Source of the DNA: Thelocarpon superellum
Lineage: Eukaryota
Direction: 5' to 3'
DNA length: 39,502 nucleotides
Assembly: GCA_026025795.1 (NCBI GenBank)
Contig: JAPEUG010000128.1
Coordinates: forward strand, 1-39,502
Below, one piece after another: positions 34,102 through 39,502 of the stretch. How positions within the stretch are numbered: position 1 is the stretch's first letter; each line of letters opens with the position of its first letter. The notes below the pieces were generated by a model. That model saw only the letters and a list, made by a program, of their open reading frames with translations, was not told the origin of the DNA and searched no databases. Made by a program: the position numbers and the translations under genes.

Positions 34102-35742
34102 TCATTCTGCTATGTCTCCGCCGAAGCCGACCGGTCTCCGGACGCCCCCCGTCACCGGGATGATGGCCATGGCCTTGTACAACTTGCCCATGCCATCGAT
34201 CCCCCGATCCACCAGACGCATCCAGCCGCTCTCGATGCGCGTTCTGGCGTCGACCTCGTGAGCGCCAAGATGGCTCGATAGCTGCTCCGCTCGCTCCGTG
34301 ATGCCCATGGCCTGTAGAAACCCTCCTTGCTCCACCGGCCCATGCACCTCCACCGCGGGGCTGGCGCGTAAGGCGGCCTCGGCCAGCGCGGCGAAGTCCA
34401 CGTCGGCCGAGAGGTCGACCAAGCCCGGGCTCGAAAAGGGAGAGACGTGGTGATGTGAGCGAATGCCTCGCAAGGAGCTCACAGGAATCGTGGATGCCGG
34501 GCCGTAGTCCAGGATCAGTGCCGCCCCGGAGGGTGAGGATCCTCGTTCCGCATCTCCCGGGGCCCCTCCGATGCGGCGCGCAAACTCCTCCGCATACGAC
34601 TGTCCTTCCGGGCAGACTTCAATCGTCGCCCCAGCCGTGTGCCGAAGGGCCTGGTATCGCGGCGAACGGTCGGGGAGCACCAGGCTGTTGGGTGTCGATG
34701 CTTTGGCGACGGAGAGCACAAATTCCGCAGGATCCGTCTGCGCTGATCCCGTCCCCGGGGCGGCGATCCTCGCCGTGGTCGACGACGCTACCGGCGCAGG
34801 CGACACAACCAGTTCTCTCCACTGGGCTTCCCGCGACGGCCGTGGCACCGGGCCAGGTCCCTGCACAGTGCCGTGGGTGTTCGAGGGGGCAACTGATTGG
34901 AATGCGTGGATGGGGAGAGCGTCGAAGAATTCGTGGGCAACGATGAATGGAGAGCGGCCAGGTTCTGTAAAGAATTAGCACCTCGAGCTGTCCCGGATCA
35001 TCTGAGGGGTGACGGACGGGAGGGCACGAATCGGATATCTTCACACCAGATGATGGGAATGCCAGAGTACTTGCTCCGGCTTCGAAATCCATGAGGCGTT
35101 TCTTCCATTGGCCTGTCTCCGCAGAGAAGCTTTCGTTGTGACTCTCTCAACGACGGACTGGCTTCCACCAGGTAGACCGTCTCGATGCTGGAAGCCAGCG
35201 GCTTGAAGTGGCGGATGCTCTGTGTCCAGTCTGAGCACCCGCTCTTCAGTTGCTCGCAAGTGGGGGACGACAGGCGTACCCTCAGCATATCATCCATCAA
35301 GGTCCCTCGCCCGGGGCCAACTTCGACCAGCTCGACGCCGGAGCTCGCTCGTCCCTGGGCGATCCATTCCGCCACGACCCACAGCCCCACAAGCTCTCCG
35401 AAGATCTGACTGATCTCCGGAGACGTGATGAAATCTCCCCGCCTCCCAAATTGATCCTTGCCGTGACTGCTCGAAGTATAATAACCACCTTCCGTCGAGG
35501 TTAGACATTGCCGCATATAAGCTGCCAACGAGATGGGCCCAGTGACCTACGAGTCCGTAAGCAAGGTCTTTGAGGTGGGGATACAGTGGTCACACGTTGA
35601 TGGCTTCAGCAATGTTGCGGGCCAACGGCGTTGACCATGGTTGAGTGTCTGATGAGAAGCATCGTGACTTGAACGCGCCCGAATTTGGTGGCACTTTGGC
35701 GTGGATTCGTCGCCGCGCCGCGTGCACCAAGGCATGTCTCAT
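34102..35742 (-). CDS. NDUFAF7: Mitochondrial protein arginine methyltransferase NDUFAF7/MidA, 492 aa
   Basis: Exons 35742-35596, 35546-35280, 35219-35018, 34964-34102 (1479 nt). Arg-rich presequence, then GDFITSPEISQIFGEL, VEVGPGRGTL, AHEFFDALPIHAF, LILDYG, DLSADVDF, MGKLYKAMAI. Confidence 0.94.
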
Positions 35743-35939
35743 TCTCTGCTCCGGCACAACTTCATCGACAGTGGTTCCCGAGGGCGTGGCTGCATGTCAG
35801 AGGCGCTCTAACATTAGGCGGCTCCGGATTCGGCGAAGAGGTTCATTGAACTCTCAACAGCTACACCGTGCCAAGCTCCCTCCAGGCTTTTTCCAAAACC
35901 GCAAGCAACTCTGTCTTGCCGTTGCGGCGAAGCTCGGCG
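35743..35939. promoter_or_regulatory. Probable bidirectional promoter between NDUFAF7 and the CDK11-like kinase (197 bp)
   Basis: Divergent ATGs at 35742 (-) and 35940 (+). Inferred from geometry only. Confidence 0.55.
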
Positions 35940-37564
35940 ATGGCGAGTGCGACCAAGTCTCGATGGGCCGATGACGAGGAAGACGCGGCGGCGGAGGCTC
36001 GGCGGAAGCAGGAGAAGGAAGCAAAACGGAGATTGAAGGCCGAGAAGCAGCGCAAGTTGGAAGAGGCCCACAGCCGCCAGCAACACGTCGCGAGACCACC
36101 TGCTCCGGGCGCTCCGACAGCCAACGGCACCGATGACACGGTCCAACGCCCGACGAAGAGACGGAGGCTCTCCTCAGAAGCAGACGGAGTGGAACAATCC
36201 GGCCCGGCCAAACTGGTACGGATTGACGCGCCAGGATGGGGACCCTGTCGCCATGTGGACGACTTCGAGCGGCTAAACCACATCGAAGAGGGCTCCTACG
36301 GATGGGTCTCGAGGGCCAAGGAAACGGCTACGGGGGAGATTGTGGCCCTCAAGAAGCTGAAGATGGATAACGCCAACGATGGATTTCCTGTCACTGGCCT
36401 TCGAGAGGTCCAGACCTTGATGGCTTCAAGACACCCGGGCATCGTGAACCTCCGGGAGGTGGTCATCGGTGACACGATGGACGAGTAGGCACTCCCAACA
36501 TCTCGCGGAGGGCATGGCAGCTAATGTCTATCCTCCACGTGCAGCGTCTTTCTCGTCATGGACTTCCTCGAGCACGATCTCAAAACCCTCCAAGAAGACA
36601 TGCAGGAGCCCTTTCTCCCCTCGGAGATCAAGACGCTCTTGCTCCAGCTCGTCTCCGCGACAGAATATCTCCACGACAACTGGATTCTCCACCGCGACCT
36701 GAAGACGTCGAATCTTCTGATGAACAACCGCGGCCAGATGAAGGTTGCCGACTTCGGCATGGCGCGATACTTTGGCGATCCGCCGCCGAAGATGACGCAG
36801 TTGGTGGTCACGCTATGGTATCGTGCGCCGGAGCTGCTATTGGGCGCGGAGCAGTACGGGCGCGAGGTGGATCTGTGGAGCGTGGGCTGTATCTTTGGCG
36901 AGCTGTTGACCAAGGAGCCATTGCTCCAGGGCAAGAACGAGGTGGACCAGCTATCAAAGGCACGTCGAGCAGCAGTCGAGCCTGGTTCCGCTTGCCCACT
37001 TCCAGACCGCGACTGACACCATGTGCCCGCCCATGCAGATCTTCGAACTCTGCGGCATACCCACGGATGAGAACTGGCCCGGCTTCAAGCGGCTTCCCAA
37101 CGCGAAGTCTCTCCGGCTGCCACGGACACAGCAGAAGTAAGCCTGCTCCTCCCCTGTGTCACCCCCTGGTCACACACCACACACCACAGGCCACACACAG
37201 GACCACTAACACCATGCCTTGCAGCGTCGGCGCCGTAATCCGGGCCAAGTTCCCCTTTCTCACATCAACCGGCACGTCCCTGCTAACGTCGCTACTCTCG
37301 CTCAATCCGTCTCGGCGGCCGACGGCGAAAGAGGTACTGGCGCACGCATACTTCAAGGAAGACCCGAAGCCCAAATCCACCGCCATGTTCCCTACCTTTC
37401 CGTCCAAAGCAGGCCAGGAAAAACGCAGGCGCAGAGCGAGCCCCAATGCGCCCAAGCGCGGTGACGCGCCCCGGCTGGCGGGGGACGCGGCGGACTTGAG
37501 CGGCATTTTTGCGGACCGCGAGTTGGAGGAGACCGGGGCGGGGTTCTCGTTGAAGCTCATCTAG
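35940..37564 (+). CDS. CDK11/PITSLRE-family Ser/Thr kinase (Ppk23/NpkA-like), 465 aa
   Basis: Exons 35940-36484, 36545-36959, 37039-37136, 37225-37564 (1398 nt); the second intron is GC-AG. Motifs IEEGSYGWV, VALKKLK, FPVTGLRE, HRDLKTSNLL, ADFG, VVTLWYRAPELLLG, MFPTFPSKA. Confidence 0.94.
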
Positions 37565-37855
37565 GAGAGGGCGTTCCTGTGAGTGCGAGGCGCTTGGAGC
37601 TTTGATGCATCTTAGCTTTGTGTGCATCTCCATCTATGTATATGCGCGTGTATATGCATGAATACAGCTCGTAAACCAAACGGTGCGTTGTGCGTTGTAC
37701 GTTGTACATTCTCCGTCAGACTCGCATGCTGCACCACGTCATGAACGCCAGGCCGAATGCGTAAATATGTCAAATTCCCCGGTTCCTGATCTCTACCCGA
37801 CCCTAACCCCTCGAGGCCGACCTCGTTAGCTCGTGTGGCAAGATGCGTGCGGTCG

Positions 37856-39502
37856 TCAAGCGGCAATCAAGGTCTGCGTTGGTGTAGGCTGAGATGTCGA
37901 GGTGATGGTTGGCGCAGGGAGTGCTTTGGATGTTGTGGTAGTTGTGGTAGTGGAAGGGTCGAGGCAATTTCCAAACCAGCCGTATTTGGAACAGGTAGCC
38001 GTGGTCGTGGTCGACGTCGTAGAGGTGGAGGTGGTCGTGACGTCGGTGGTCGTAGTCGTGGTCTTGATCGCAGTCGTGCTGTTGGAGCTCGTGGTGCTCG
38101 AGTCGAGACAGCCCCACCACCCAGGCTAGTCGCCGTCAGCGTGACGACTCCACTCAGTATGCCAGGAGAGAACTTACACTCTTGCAGGTCGTCGTTCGCG
38201 TCCGTGTCCGAGACGACGTGGTGCTGCTCGTGGAAGTGGTGGTGGTCTCGGTGCCGTTGCTCTCGAAGAATTTCCATTGATAGCAATCCACACACTCCGT
38301 GTCGACCGTACACTCCGGCACATCGTCGTAGGCTTGAATAACATCGTTGATCACCACGCGGATTCGATGCGTGCCGGCGCCGACCCTCCACCCTTTATCC
38401 TGGACGACATCATAGATGCACTGATGTCCCGTATGGCAGGAGGTCTCCATGGCATAGCCGCCCAGATAGCATGCCGACGTCGCGCCGTTGCACGTGCCCA
38501 TGAAGATGGGATCGGCCGTGTGGCCAAAGTGGTAGGCCCCCGTCTGCGTTCGCATCTGCTGGACACCGGGATGAAAGCCGGGGGGTGTTGGTAGGCCAAT
38601 CCGGGCTGCCGCCAGGGCTTCCCCGGGCGCTTCAAAGGTGACGACGGGCACGCCAAAGGTCAGGCCGGTCAGACTGCTGATGGACCCGCCGAGGGAGTGG
38701 CCGGAGTACCAGACGTTCGCATCGGGGTAGAGAGCTGTGATGTTGCTGTACAGATCCAGCGAGGCGCGGTAATATCGATTCTCCGCCTTCAGCGCGGACG
38801 TGAGACAGGTTTGGTTGCAGGTATAGGCGGTGCCGGCGTAGCAGTCGCACACCTTGGTCCAGAAGCCCTGGGCACAACAGCAGCCGAAATATAGGTTGTC
38901 GTTGACCTTGTCATTGGTCGTCGTTTCTGCCCCGTCGAAGACAGCTGGGGAGGTACCCTTGAGGGCGACGATGATGGTCGTGTTGCTCTCGTCCGCGAAG
39001 ACATGGCCGCGGAGGCCGTCGCTCTGCCATCCAAAGTCGGCCGAGGAGTTGTATCCCTGTCCCACATCCTCCCAGCCGCCCTTGCCCGGCTCCATCTCGT
39101 AGGCGTCCAAGGCCATCTTGGCGAGGTTGAGCACGGTTTCCTTGTCGGTGATGTTGGGCCCCAACACTTCGTCCACAGTCCACGCCGATGGCGCCAGACT
39201 CGCGGCGATTCCCGTCTGTCGTGACATGGCCAAGAGTGGCTCGATGGCCTCGAGTCGACGGTCCGACAGTCGCTGGATGTGGAGCGGCGCGGAATGAAGG
39301 TCGAGGGGCTCGAGGGGTGCTCGGTCTCCCGTGGCGGAGGCTCGCCACAAGGGTCCGTCATCGGTCACATCCATGCGCCGATGAAGCCCGGGATGTAGGT
39401 AGGTGCCGTGATGAAAGATGTGTCGCAGCGTCTACGTGTCGCAGCGGATGAGTACGTGTTCATGATCTGCAATGTACTGACCGTGGGTCACTCACAAATC
39501 GA
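37856..39502 (-). CDS. atg15: Autophagy lipase Atg15; N-terminus lies beyond the window end
   Basis: Exons >39502-39496, 39431-38178, 38125-37856. Motifs [48 protein letters not shown] lipase motif, [12 protein letters not shown], Thr-rich tail. Confidence 0.95.

Noticed and set aside
37801..37810. CCCTAACCC telomere-like motif
   Set aside because: Only about 1.5 units; chance occurrence

Overview
GC-rich, intron-containing fungal (Ascomycota, Pezizomycotina-type) genomic DNA with short GT-AG introns and CTRAC/CTRAT branch sites. I reconstructed spliced models by hand, and each complete model gives an in-frame total. Conserved genes in order: RING+LON-domain protein (CrgA/LONRF-like, 3'-truncated by the window), TORC2 subunit RICTOR/Ste20/Avo3, urate oxidase, mitochondrial uL13, Cu chaperone for SOD1, NoxR, ECM13-like protein, GPR89/GPHR, a universal stress protein, NDUFAF7/MidA, a CDK11/Ppk23-like kinase with a GC-AG intron, and Atg15 (5'-truncated). 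Between noxR and GPR89 (about 16-29 kb) is a gene-poor accessory segment. It holds a 589-aa orphan with degenerate nucleoside-hydrolase-like motifs, a Cys-rich GPI-anchored protein, a possible decayed paralogue of that protein, a frameshifted secreted-protein gene and a small 4-Cys secreted orphan. Other oddities are a uricase lacking its usual C-terminal PTS1 and a 13x RPxD repeat in NoxR. I saw no RNA genes, transposons or CRISPR arrays. Product calls come from motif recognition only; no database searches were run.
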